NCBI RefSeq assembly: GCF_026571515.1
Contig: NW_026855894.1
Span: forward strand, 124,001 to 188,000
DNA: 64,000 nucleotides
Reading direction: 5' to 3'
Source of the DNA: Ruditapes philippinarum
Lineage: Eukaryota
Both the position numbers and the translations under genes were made by a program. This document shows positions 26,701-40,800 of the stretch, piece by piece. Below the pieces are notes generated by a model. The model did no database searches. It saw nothing but the letters and a program-made list of their open reading frames with translations, and was not told the origin of the DNA. Position 1 is the stretch's first letter, and the number at the start of each line of letters is the position of its first letter.

Positions 26701-29700
26701 AGGCTCGAACCAGCCATATCTGGATAATAACTGATAATATCATCTCCCTATTTAGCTACGCGGGTGATGTTATGATGTGAAAAAGCAAGTAGAGAAAAAT
26801 ATCATGATGCTATAAGAGATTTTATTTACTTTCCATAGTTTGGATAATTGCAAATAAAATGTTAAAAACATTAAGAGTAAATTATGTAACTTAACAATTT
26901 GTTATAAGGGAGCACAGTCTAAATCACGCATGTACGGAACAATGCTGTGGTAGTTGCATTCAATGTACAGCAATGTTCTAATCAGCACGATGTATGCTGC
27001 AACACTTACTCTAGTTACTATAACAGGTGTTACAACAACCTCAATATGATAAGCAATGACTGCTGGAACATAATACTCTTACCGTTAGTGCTGCAGCAGA
27101 AACACCGACATTGACAATCAGCCTTCCAGGTATGATACAATTTTATAGATAAATTTGTTATTAAAACAAAGAAAAATTACTAGGACACATTTATTTAATA
27201 TATATATATCAATATCCGGAAAAAATGATCATTCGGAAGCATTTAAAACAGCAAAATTACACGAATATTGCAGTCTCAGTTTCATAGAGTCTGTACATGA
27301 GGCGTAATGACAAAGTGCATCATTCCTAAAGCCCCCTAGCACTGGCTAAGCGAGACTCATTTTGTAACATGATTGTTATAATATGCTTAATTTTTTTTTC
27401 AATTTAAAGTCAGGGTCGTCAACCAAAAAAAAATAATTACACATAATAACATTTGCAGGTTTTTGAGACATAAAAACTTTACTGAATAATGTCAAAGGAT
27501 TAAATGTTGTTTAAAAGTTTTAAAACTTAATGCGCCTTTGTTTTGCTGTAAAGAGATGGAATATTCGTAATTTTGTTAAAATCGACCAGAGGTGCTTACG
27601 CGTCTATTTGCCGTAAATGGTTTAGGTTTGTTGAACAAAATTTAAACCCCGCTTTTTAGCAGACACAGTTGTTAAAGATCAACATCCTTTGGTTCAATCT
27701 CATATACATATTACTTTTATTTACAGAGTTACACTGAGCACTATTTTATCTATATTTTACCCGCACAAGTAATTCAGTTATGCGCCTCGTGACAAAATAT
27801 TTAAAATCGTCGCCTTCCAATCCCTTGCCCAAGGGCTTTTACTTTAGATCCGAATTCATCCATTGACCTTGGTTTCATTCATAAAAGGAAGCTATTCAGC
27901 TAGCTCCAGAATGCACGGAGGGGCTTCCTCGACCAGGCAAAATGGAGAGTCAAGCCTTTTCCCTTTGATCTGAAAATTATATGTTCACATTGGAATTGAG
28001 ACAAGCCTCTCGACATTCTGCACGTGGGCATGTCTTGTGTTAAATCAAAAGTTTCATGTTAGTAAATCGATCCAGAAAACGGAAATTCTCCATATCCTTG
28101 ATCCTAGATAGGACGACAAAGAACCACTGCATAATGAACCTGAACTACTTACATGTTCCTTATATTGGTTACAAATTTACGTACGTAATACTATACAATT
28201 TCTTCATAATGAACATTTTTATAACATTTTATATACAAGCGTTTACCAGAATGAAACATGTACAATATATTCTTAGGTTCAGTAAATGCAGATAATTCGA
28301 TGAATGCAGGTACTACAATTTTAGCAACGGCATCCAAATCATCTGGTCCTGCCATCGTTCAGTACACGAAATCATCGTCAGTGGCTAACACATATTTGTT
28401 AAATACAGCGAATATGTTTGATCTGAACACAAGTAGCGTTATTTATTTATTCATTTTTTAATTAATTATTTATTTATCTTTGTATTTTTTTGTTTATTTA
28501 TTTTATGAATTTCATTATTCGCAAATTGTATCATTCCTTTTAAAAAGATTTTAATGAACAATGATAATATTATAAGCTTTTTTTTCTTTTTGACTTTGTT
28601 TTAACATTGACCTACTATGTTGTTTTTGTTATATATAAGTCTTATGAATTTAAAGATATTACACCATTACTCTTAAAATACTAAATGTTTTCAATAACAT
28701 CACCAGTTGATTAGTACAGAGGCGGCAGAGACATATTCTCAATATATTAGATAATAACAGTTTTAAGAAACATTTGCGTAATGGCATAGATCAATTAATG
28801 ACAACAAGCCATGTCTTCTTATTATTATAAATATATAATGATATAAAGACCGTATGATCAAACTGTATTACATAATTATTTTCAGCCAATGGTCAAGTAT
28901 ATGTGAGAACAAACCCTGCTGTAGAATACGATTATACGTACACTATTGGAGTATGTATACACAGTCGACGCCAACAGTCGTGTGCAACTATGACGATTAA
29001 CTTTGGTATGTAAAGCATACACCTTTGTATTGATTCAGCGGGCTGGATCATATGACATCCCGCATTTTCATAGCCTTTTTAAATCAATTAAATCTTTCCT
29101 GCGAACCCAACCAGCTGTTGGAAAATAATAATTTATGTTTTTATCCTTTTTCTGTATAGTTTGTCACTTTAATTAGTCATTACCACCAGGGTAAAAGTAA
29201 AACAAAAATGGAAGTGGTTTATGAGTAAATGTGGTTTTAATAAGTACTAACTGTTTGGGATTCAATTTCCAGTGATAATGTACATTCGATATAGAAAAAC
29301 TACAAGTACGATTTTGGGCTTAATTGGTTTATGTTTATAAGACACTCCGTTCGACAAAGTGCTATAATGTGACATGCGTGCGAGAATACCTATTATTCTA
29401 AATAAATTTTAAGACTTTGTGTACATGTTTCTGAAACTGATTGTAAAATAACAGTTTTATGAAGAGTGTAATTTGTAACATAAATTTTTATTGGATAATC
29501 GGGACATATATATTATTTATCTGTATGGCTACCGCAAGTTCATGTTTATTATCTGGCTAAATAATTTGTGCAGTATTGAATATTAGTTTAAACCTGTTTA
29601 CTTGTTATATGGCCTTGTTTAAAATAAAAACGGCTCTTCCAGATCGGGTTATATGATCTTACAACCGTTTATAATATGCCATATAACCAACAAAAATCCG

Positions 29701-31826
29701 TTCATGTTAATAATCATAGCTGAGTGAAAATCGCGGGTTTACTTTTCGAAAGTCTACTTTTAGAGTTTTAAAATAGAAAAAAAATTATAAAATTTAGAAA
29801 TGAGCGCTGAAACTCGTGTGACTTTTATTGAATCATGTGTAACAAAAATACGAAACACCTCTTTTTACTTAGTCTATTTGCATGTTAAGCTTTGATATCA
29901 ATTTTTATCCGTGCATTTTATTTCTTTTTTCAACTCATGCATTGTTTTATTGACATTATATTTTATAAAAAGTTGCTTTACTTTAAAAAATCTGATGCGT
30001 TGCTTGAAAATTCTACTTTTAGTTCCATAGACATATACTCGCTTTTACAGTTTAAGTGAGGGATTTTTTTCTGATATATTTTATCCTGATAAATTTTCTC
30101 TTATAACTATTACGTAGGATTGATAAAAAACGAAATTTTCATATTTTTTCCAGACGGTTGTTTCCAAACACCAAATTGTCGAGATCAGAGCGATACCACC
30201 ACCTTTAGTGATCAATTCCCAGACGGCGGTACCTTGTTCACAATGACATACGACAATCCGTCGGCTCATTTCACGTCGATCAGTTCAACATGGCAGAATC
30301 TTAACTTTAATATAACGTCGACTACACTTAATGTGGCATCACTTGACCTTAATACAGGTAAACATAAAAAAATTAAAACATTAACGTTTTTGCTCAACTC
30401 TTACGTAACAAAAGAAATCGTAAATAAATTTTGTTTTGTATTTGCTACATATACATATTATTTCAGATTAAGATTTTTAAACAGAAATTGTAAATTAAAT
30501 GATGTTAAATACTTTCCCCTGATTTGATTCAGTTATTTTAAAAAAAAATCTTTCCCTTTCCGAATCTAAGAAAAATGTTCAATCCAACTGCAGTTATCTT
30601 CCATACTCGTTAAGTCATCTGTGGCCATTTGTTAGTGGTGCCCAAGGCTCATTCAACTTCCAACATTATTCCGATACCATTTAGATAGAAGTTACATTTT
30701 AAAGAAGGCACAAATTAAACAAGTTGTTGAAGCTATTGTTACTTTAAGGCCTGTTTGAGAAAAATTGATTACTTGACGTACTGTGTCAAAATATGTATTT
30801 TCTAGTTAAGTAGCAACGAGTTAGATATATTTGGTAGCAATATGTGATTTCTTTTACCTAAATCGTGCAAAATCTCTATATCGATTGCAAATATTGATTC
30901 AAATAATACGTGTTTGTGACTTTTTAAAACTTTGGTATGTGGCAATTGAATGATGTAGCTTTAACATTATATTGAATGATCTCATTCTATCTTTTTCTTT
31001 ATTTTGTCAAGGTGTCCTTTCAACAACAGGTAATGTTACAGTATGGCCGGATTACCCTTACTCCACACATACCATTGTAGTTACAGTGAGTAATCCTGGA
31101 CATTCGTGTTCCTATACCTCAACATGCACAATAAGCATGCGGTTCTCTTTCACTAACTGGGTAAGAACTTTTTTACTTTTTTATTTTATTTTTTTTTTCA
31201 TTAAATTTCATTGTGTGTATGAAGGTGCTCTCTAATTGAATTGTTGCTGACTTTATGAAGTTGAAATCGTGAATTCATAAAATTGAAATTTTGAATTCAT
31301 GAAGATAAAATCGTGGACTCGTAAATTTTGTAAATTTAAATCGTGAATGCATGAGGAAGAAATTGTGAATTCGTGAAAATGAACGTGTGAATTCAAGAGG
31401 TTAAAATGTCACCATTGGTCTTTTGTATGAAACGGCCAATCGCAACTTTTCGGCCCTTTCCGTCAGTCTTTAATAATTATAGCCGAGGAACGCGTTCCAA
31501 ATGATAAAAAAGCTTTTGTCTTCCTTAGTCGTGTCGCCCTCCTTCTCTTCGCCTTTTTAATCAATTTTTGATTAAAGAAATACATGTTTAAAGCGTCGCT
31601 TGCCGCGACTGAAACAAAATATTGTTGGGTGTTGATTAAAATATTCACCATGCCTGTTAAACTGTTATGGTAAATATATCATTTATAAAGCTTCTTAAGC
31701 TTCCTTACTGATGTGCGGTACTGGATTTATCGTCGGATACCCACGGTTGATTAACATAATATCATGATATTAATGGTTCGTCAGTAGGTGTCCGACGATG
31801 TACTGGATTATTAACTATTTCTAACT

Positions 31827-31874
<48 letters not shown>

Positions 31875-34800
31875 CGAGAGAGGGAGAGAGAGAGAGAGAG
31901 AGAGAGGGTCATATAAAACATTTGCTTTGATTTCTTCATGTTTTGTATCCTTTTACGGTCGCAAATATTTTTTGGTATCGTTACAGTGTTTAAGCGTTAA
32001 TTCATTGAGAAGTTTCATTGGCATTTCTTCCTTTGGAGGAAAAGAGAAAAAAAGAGAAAATCTATTTTATGTTATTTTACACAGCCTACCTACTTTTATA
32101 GGTCATCCTATAAACATTGATTTATACAGAGTAACATTTATAAAGATCCATATATTTTTGTGAAATATTCAATTACAAAAGATCAGAAATGTTGTTTCTT
32201 TTAGCCTATCAGCATTACAAATACGGATTTAAGCACAAATCACCACGAGGACACTGATGCACGGACTCTCGTGCACAGTATTATCACATATGACTACAAC
32301 AATCCGGACCATGACAACGTCACGTGCGTTGTTGTCACCAATGAAGAACCAACCCTTCTTGAATTAACCCATGACGGCAACTACAGTTACAATTGTAAAT
32401 ACTTATCAAACTATCAAACTATGTTTTGTATGACTGTGCTAATGTATATTTAATGGTGTATTATTGTTATCTCTCACTGATAACTTAGTAAATTGACCCG
32501 TCCAGTTTTCAATTATGAACCGTCAATTGTCAGGTTTTGAGATATTAAGATTTAAAATTGAAGTTGGTCACCCAACAGTATCGAGTCTGGTCAGATTGCG
32601 GGCTGCCATGACTCGAGATTGATAGCAAAGGATAGGTCGGAATTTTTCTGACGTTAAACAGCTTTGAAATATATCTTCTTAACGAGCGAGTTCCATGGGA
32701 AATGGGAAAAACGTAATGAAGGCAAAGTAGATAGAATTGAATTGAAGATCTTTACACTCTAGTTTGAATTTTCTTAAGCCAATCATTTTGTTGAAAAATG
32801 TGGATGGTTGTATCTTTTAAAATATGAACCTTAACTGCTCCAGAAGAACCTTTTGACGCGCAGATTTCATTGTATTGCCTTCTATCTCGTACAAAAAAAC
32901 ACCAATCATAGTAATGATCCAATGTTTGCACTCATAACAAATATATCTTATTTCTTGTAATTCTATAACGTTAATACAATTCTTAATTTAAATGTAGTCC
33001 TCTTTGTGAGGGTTTTTCATGACGATAAGCACTATATCTATTTTTTTTTATTTCAGCTTGGTTTATTTATAAGAAAGTATGTCTATACCCCAATTGTGGT
33101 TACATCGATGCTAGCTTTCTCTGTGACTTAGGATTTGCTTGTTTGAACTATGACCTTGACAACGAGTATACAATAACGATCAAGTGTAACGATGCGTATG
33201 GTTCAGAAGACACGGAAACGTTCACGTTAAAAGTAACGGAGAATCAACCACCCGTATTCACTAATACTCCAAGTAAGTATTTTATAATACTTTCTGTATG
33301 TGTAGAGTACATATACTGAAATTGTTCTAGTAAATTGAAACGACACCGATTCACTTGCAAGCTGACAATGAGATGTTGACAGCTGTTCATATTTAGTTTT
33401 AAGCATCGCATTTTTAAAAATTGTATTAATCTACTAATTCAACTAAAATTTGAAATATCATACATACGTTGAAAGAACATAATGAATTAATACAAACAAG
33501 TGCTAGCCTCGTTCTAGGAAAGTAGTGTAAGATTGATAAATAAAATCAATATGAAAATTACTTGAGCACTCCTTTTACGTCAAGACGAGTTATTTCAAGG
33601 TATGCCTTTGGTATTTCCGTTACGTTTATTAGTCAATTTGTAAAGCGCCCTTATATACATTTTGTAAATATCAGAACAGAACAGAAATTTTATTAAGACT
33701 TGTACAAAGTACATCATCTATAATACATTATATTCACATATATAACGTCTTATAACGTCATAGCAATAACATATTCAAATGGAATGGTATTCATCTTCGA
33801 TATCTAAATTATTGCAACACAAACAATACCTTTCTTCGCGAGGAATTCTATGTCTACTAAATTTGCCAGTTTGAATTCTAAGAATATCATACATGACTGA
33901 AGAACCTCTGTAATAATAAATGCCGAATAACCAGCCTGTTAAATGTAAGTCACGTTTTGTGGTTAATAAATGTTTGACGGAGATAAAACTATTTTAACAT
34001 GAGGTTCGGAATTCTTCTTAATCGCACTTTACAAACATCATTATGTTTCTATGGGGGTAAGCAATGCTATTTTCAAAGTCCGGTAAAGTGATGTTTTATG
34101 TCATAATAATGTTTGTCTTACATTTTGCTCAACCACATTTGTTTTAGTACGTGACTTTTGTGATCTGCATTGGGCAGATAACAAATAAAAAAGACGGTTC
34201 AGGTTTTATTAATTAATTTATTTTTTTATATTTGCAAAACAATATTTCTTTATTTTATGGGATAAAGTGTATATCTTTTGAAAACCCCATTCATAGAATA
34301 ATTCCCGAAAAAAAAAATCATTTTTTTAGTGAAGTGATACCGCGTTAATATATGATTGTTTTTTTGTGTTTTTCAGCAACAATAACGATAAACACTGACA
34401 ATATAGCACATTTAGACAACATATTCTCTATTTACTACACGGACGCTGAAAAAGAAATATTAGACTATAACTACACCATATCACCAATTACACCATCATT
34501 GTTTGCTTTCGATGATCGTGGAAACTACAGCAGTAAGTCTGATACAGTACATTTGAGTATCTTATTTTGAATTCCAGTGTCCCATACAGGCTTCTGTAAA
34601 TGAATGATAACTACAACATTTTTTTTGATATTTTGAACAGAATATATTTTTTTATAATAAGTAAACACGAATTTTCCACATTCTTTTTGAGAAACATAGT
34701 TTTATGTTAAGTATTTATTTCTACCTTGCTATTAATTTGCTTGTGTATATGTACCGGATTGACTTTGACAATTGCAAGATAATAGTTTATTTTAAATCGT

Positions 34801-37800
34801 ATCGGATAATATATACACAATGAAAATAGTTAATTGGTTTTAAGTTCTTACTATCAAATTTTTAGAAATGTTAAAAAGGAAGTATATTTCATGGACATTG
34901 TTCTAAAACTCATTAACAAGCTGTGATGAATATAATCATCATTACAAACAAGTACAAGTATATATTAATTCAGTCAAAATGATAAACTAAAATTCTGTGT
35001 AATAAGTAAAATAAACAAAAGTAAAATATTACCAAAATGACTACACCTTGCAATTATCAATGCTCTTCCGAAGTTATGTCAATATCGGACATAACAGCAC
35101 ACACTTTCTGAACGAAAATAAGTATAATTGCTAAACGTGCTCGAAATTTTACTTCATCTTGTGGCTGTACATGTTTGAAACATGACAGTATCGAAATGTC
35201 ACCATTGTTTTATGTCCTGCCAAACGCTCTTTTGAATGCGACATTCAAACAGTATATCATTTATCCAACGGAGAAAACTGTTTTTAAAATTAAGAAAAAC
35301 TGTATAGTCTTTGAATTCCTTGTTTTACAGATAACCCAGCAAATGTTACCGCTACCATATTTCAATGGGATCTGGTCAATACTACGTTTTCTGTAACTTT
35401 CTGCGGGCGAGAAAGACGGAATATAGTCTGTAGTTCTTTTACGATCGACATTCGAGGTAACAGTTTAATATTTGATTGGTTGTTTAAATTAATCATTTTT
35501 TCACTATTAAGTTCAGTTGAATTAGCTTTATATTTCATTTATATATATATTTCTACAGAAGCATAAAGACAAATAGTTTGACAAACATCTAGGTATACAG
35601 AAGCATAAAGAGAAATAGTTTGACTTTCTTATATAGAACATCTAGGTCAATTTAAGCAGAAAGATATGCAAATGATAAATATGAAATATAGTGAGGAAAA
35701 ATTATGAAAATCGATTTTGTTCTTGTGCCAGAATTTCAAAATGTTGAGTGATTTTGACTAAGCTACATCATGTACATGTACTAATGCTTTGATTGACGTC
35801 AATGAATATTTAATTGCTTTTAATTGTTTGTTTACTTTTAAAATATTTTTCGAGATGTACATAAACAGTAATATACATGTATATTTCTATCATATAATAT
35901 TCTTAAAATCTAAATTCGTTCACCAAATTTACTCAAATAAAGAAGTAGCAGTGGTTTGCTTTTGTTTCTTTCTTTTTCATGTTTTTATTTATCTTTTTTG
36001 TTTCTTTTTTTAAATTAATTTATAAAAATTATTATAAAAATTATATGTCATATAATTCTGATTTCCATTTATTTTAGAATATTGCGGCCCGACACCCGTG
36101 TGTACTGACGATTCCACAACAGTTACAGACCAGAATGCGGTGGCTGGCTACGAAGTGTTTCAAATTACCGTCACCGGAAGTGGATACACGCAGTTAAATT
36201 ACGTCATCACATCGGAATACCCGGACTTGTTCTCTGTTGATTCAATGACAGGTTTTTTTTATTGATATAATAAATGTAAGGCAAATAAAATGTTGATACA
36301 TTATTTCAATCATTTCCCTGTGCATATTTTGATATATGTTTTTTCTTGAATTAAATCTACAAATACGACACGACAGAAAAAAGAAAATCTTTATTGTAGA
36401 ATAAACTGTTATGACGTTGTTGAGGTCATGGTACGAAGATTATTTTCAATATATAGTTAAATTCGAAAGGTTTATAATGAAAAACATAACTGTAAGAGTA
36501 CTACTTCTATCATGTTCTTGTATTTGTTTCTTACGGAATTTTATCGACGAATTTGCGCTTCATTGACATTTCTGTAAATTAAACTTCGAAAGACATCGCT
36601 AGTATTTGTTTAATTAATGAAAAACATTATTTTCTATTAACGATCTTTTCATCAGTTTTAAATGAGATACTATAGTAACGAGATAAACAAAGGATACTAG
36701 AGTGAAAATAGCTGGTGGGGCTTACATTTTACTTCGAGTTGCTGAATTTATCGAAATAAAAATACCGAGATAAACAAATATATTCTATAAAAATAAAAAA
36801 GGAAGAACAAAATTTTCAAAATTTTCAAAATTTTATCGAGATAACGAAATATCGAAGAAAAAGTCGATGTCGAGATAACGATAGTTGACTGTATCATTAC
36901 GATATTAATTTTTATGATGAAATATTATAATTTTGAGAATGATTTTTTTCTTTCAGGGAGTATTACTATAGCATCAGCGCTATCTGTTACCAATCCGCCA
37001 AACCCCAGCACATATTCTCTGGTAGCGAACGTGCACGATACAGTCGCATGCGCTGTGGCCGCTTGCGCTTTTAGTGTAGAAGTCACATTTACAAATGAAG
37101 TAAGTTTCTTTAAATTTCGGCACTAGAATTTTTACTGGTACCGTGCAACCTGCGCAAAGCAATACCAAAGAGTTTTGTTCTATAAATTGCTAAGAAGTGA
37201 TGCCTAAACAGAATAGCTTTATTGCAAAATTTCATCTTCGGAAGATTTGGAATTGCTGTTGCAGTGACTTATTTGCGTTCAACTTAGTATAATAAATTTA
37301 ATCATGTGGATTTTTATTTTAGTACATCTACTATCATCACGGAAAGCTGTGCGTAGGTATTTATGTTGAAATATATTAAAACTGATGTATTTCTCAGACT
37401 AAAGCGGTCGTGTGAAGTTTGTATTTTAAAATTATCAATTGGAATTTTTCTTCTAAAGGATATATCTATTACCAATATGGCAAGTGTAAGCGTAGATATT
37501 CATGAGGACACGACAGAATCTGTAAAAATTGTTACCATAGCAACCTCTGATGCTAATACAAATGATGGAGTCACATGTGAGGTTGACGAGGCCGCTTCTA
37601 CACCGGTTAATAACAGCATTTTCTTTGCTGTTGAAACAGACACTGGATCTAATGGTTTGGTTAATTGGTCTTATGTCTTTTGTTTCTAAATGTTTCACCA
37701 GTAAAGCTGGAAAGTCGCCATATGACCAATACTGTGTTGGTGCGACGTAAAACCCACTAACAACATCTATATGCACACATACTTTTTTGTTTTTGTCTCG

Positions 37801-40800
37801 CAAGTAGCAATGTACTGAGCAATTTTATTATTTGTGAGACTTTTGAAAGACCGCTTACTTTTTTATCACCACTTTGGGTTAAGACTCTGTTAAAATCATA
37901 TATTCAGTACATTATTTACAAGATGTTTCCTCAATCTATATACATTTGTATCAATTTAAAAAAATAAGTAGCATGAGCAAACAAGTCCGATAGCTTTGCT
38001 GAAGGCTAATTTAAAGTATAAGATAAAGTATTCTAGTTATAACAATGTCTTACGGGCCGTCCTTCATCACCAAAATAATGCATTGAACATGAAAATTAAT
38101 GTTGATGCAAATCAAAACAAACTATAATGCAATTCTATGCGAAAACCTTTTCTTATTATTCTCTTTATAAGGTTATTGTAAATACATACTTTAAATATCC
38201 AGAATATCTAATCAATATATGTACATGTTTAGATTTGTTATGCTTACATGGCGGTTGATTTGTGTCTTGGCGTATTTTTTTGCTCCGCGGGGCGCCTGGG
38301 TAAAGCACGAAAATACGACAGTGATCAATTTGTCGTAATTGCATGCTATTACGTTTTGCTGCGATGGCAACAAACAAAATCATAAAATTATGGCAAAATG
38401 GTCATTTTTGTCTTATGTCAAAGCTTATTTGAAATCTGGAAAAAAGTGATCCCTCGGAAGCATTAATCACAACAAAATTACATGAAAATCGCAGACTTGG
38501 TTTGATTGGTCTGTACATTAGGGATAATGAATAAGTGCAACATCCCTCACACCCCTATCATCAATGATCCCGAAGGACCAGAAACGTATAACAACAGTGA
38601 ATTGAAGTACGGGGCAACATTTTACCGATGTCACTCGGCACTTGACACCTGCTGTTGTGAAGTATAAACATCTGGAAACAAAGTGATCCCTCGGAAGCAT
38701 TAATCACAGCAAAATACCAAGAAAATAGCAGGGTCGGTTTGATTGAGTCTGTACATGAGGGATAATAAATAAGTGCAACATCCCTCAGGCCCTTGGCGGT
38801 TCTCAATTTTCAACACTTAATAGTGCTGGCATCAATGACCAGATAACACGAAAAACACGAAACTACGACAAAATGACATCTTGTAGTACTTTGCCTTGTT
38901 GCAAGCAAGGCAAAATCTCTAAATAAGGCAAGGTGACCACCTTGTCGTACTTTTCCATTTAAGGGCGCCAGGCAAACAAAAATAAGACGAAGTTGTTTCT
39001 GAGTCGAATTTCAGTGGTTTCGCCCGACATCCCGCGGAAAGTATATACACCATGGTACAAATCAGCCTCTTAATATTTATGTACACTTAATATTCAATTT
39101 GATTATTTAAAGTCTATGAACTGATGAGCAAAGAAGGGCCAGGTTTTGATTATGATGTTGCAGACACGTATAAAATAGTGGTCGTTTGTGAAGATAATTA
39201 TGGTTCGTCTGACACAGCTACAGCAACGGTCTCTATCCTAGAGAACCAAATTCCCACAATGGATAACATAAATGGTACGTATTACATAACATATAGTGCT
39301 TTGACTTAATGTATTCAAGGTAGTTCATGATGTGTTTGGCTTTGTCAACTTTAAAGGCCATGGAGTCATACTAGTATTGAGTTTTTCGTGTAGTCAAACA
39401 CAAACATGGACTTTTTACATAATAATATACTTGTATAAAGTTTTAAAACTCTAAAATGTGTTTATTCCTATAATCTTATTGTCAAATCTCAAAAGATTTA
39501 ACAGAATGACTGCTTTTACATAGGAGTATTGGACGTAAACAGAATAAAATAATCGGAAACAAATTATTTTGTTGGCTTATAGTTTAAGTAGGGTTTTGAT
39601 TTTGTGAATGCGTCATTCACTCTTTAGGAAAAGTACAGACCTGTTTCTTTATACAAGTACAAAGTATGTTTTCACAACATGCAGCAGTTATTATCGGACT
39701 ATTATGCAACATTTGCACAGTAATTTATTATTTTGAGTACAATATAGATTTGTTATCGATATTTGGAACCGGAAAACGAACACGAGGATAAGCGGAGTAC
39801 ATTATGGATTTAACATGGATTTTAGACTTGGAAAATGAAAATAAGGCTAAATGGAGTTCAAAATGGATTTGATATATTATTTTATTGGAAACGACACTTG
39901 TACATTTATATGATATTTTTATGATTTGATCCTGTAATGGTTTCTTTTGGAATGTCACACTGAACAATGATTCGTTACATGGTATAATGCGTGGAAAATA
40001 TAGCTTTATACTTTGTTTAAACTAACCACAGGATTTTGCATGTTAATGTTAAAACTACGTTAAGACCTGCTAAAAAAGAAATTAAAAATGGGATACATTT
40101 TTTATCATTAAAACTGATTATGATACAATGTTTTTCCATTGACTGCTGTGATAACTATAAAAACAATATGCTTTAAAATATAACTCTATATTACTACATT
40201 AAAGATATATTGAAATAATAATATTATCTGCTTCGGAAAGTCTGGTTCAATATTTATCTTCTTATTTTAAGCTGGAGATATTATTAACGTTGATCCTATG
40301 ACAGTGAAATCTGGGGCCACAATATTTACACTACAGACCTCAGATGCTGAAAACGACCCTCTCGTGTATACATGTAATGTCACAGACAGCTTCGTTCCAC
40401 TCCAGTGTTTGTCAGGTAAACGAATTTAATTTTTATTTTACTGGTCAATTCTCAGGATTAATAAAACGTTTTTCTTTGCTTTGTATTTGCACTTTTTTTT
40501 ATTTTGCCAGGAAAATATTTTTTTGTATAAAAACATTTTTGATTTATTTTTCGTTTGTTAACAGATGGTGTCGTATCAATGAAACGAGATGTCAGAATCC
40601 CAGATGAAGAAGGTGAAATGTATCCTATCACATTGTGTATAGAAGAAAGCGTGCACAGTCACGTGGTTTGTGAGACTCTGAATGTTAATATTTCATGTAA
40701 GTGTTTGTTAATTCAAAATTGTTCTTGAAGTCTACTATTTGAAGTTAGCGTTGTTTTAAGATGTCATGATTATTCCGCGTCAATAATCTATATAAACTTT

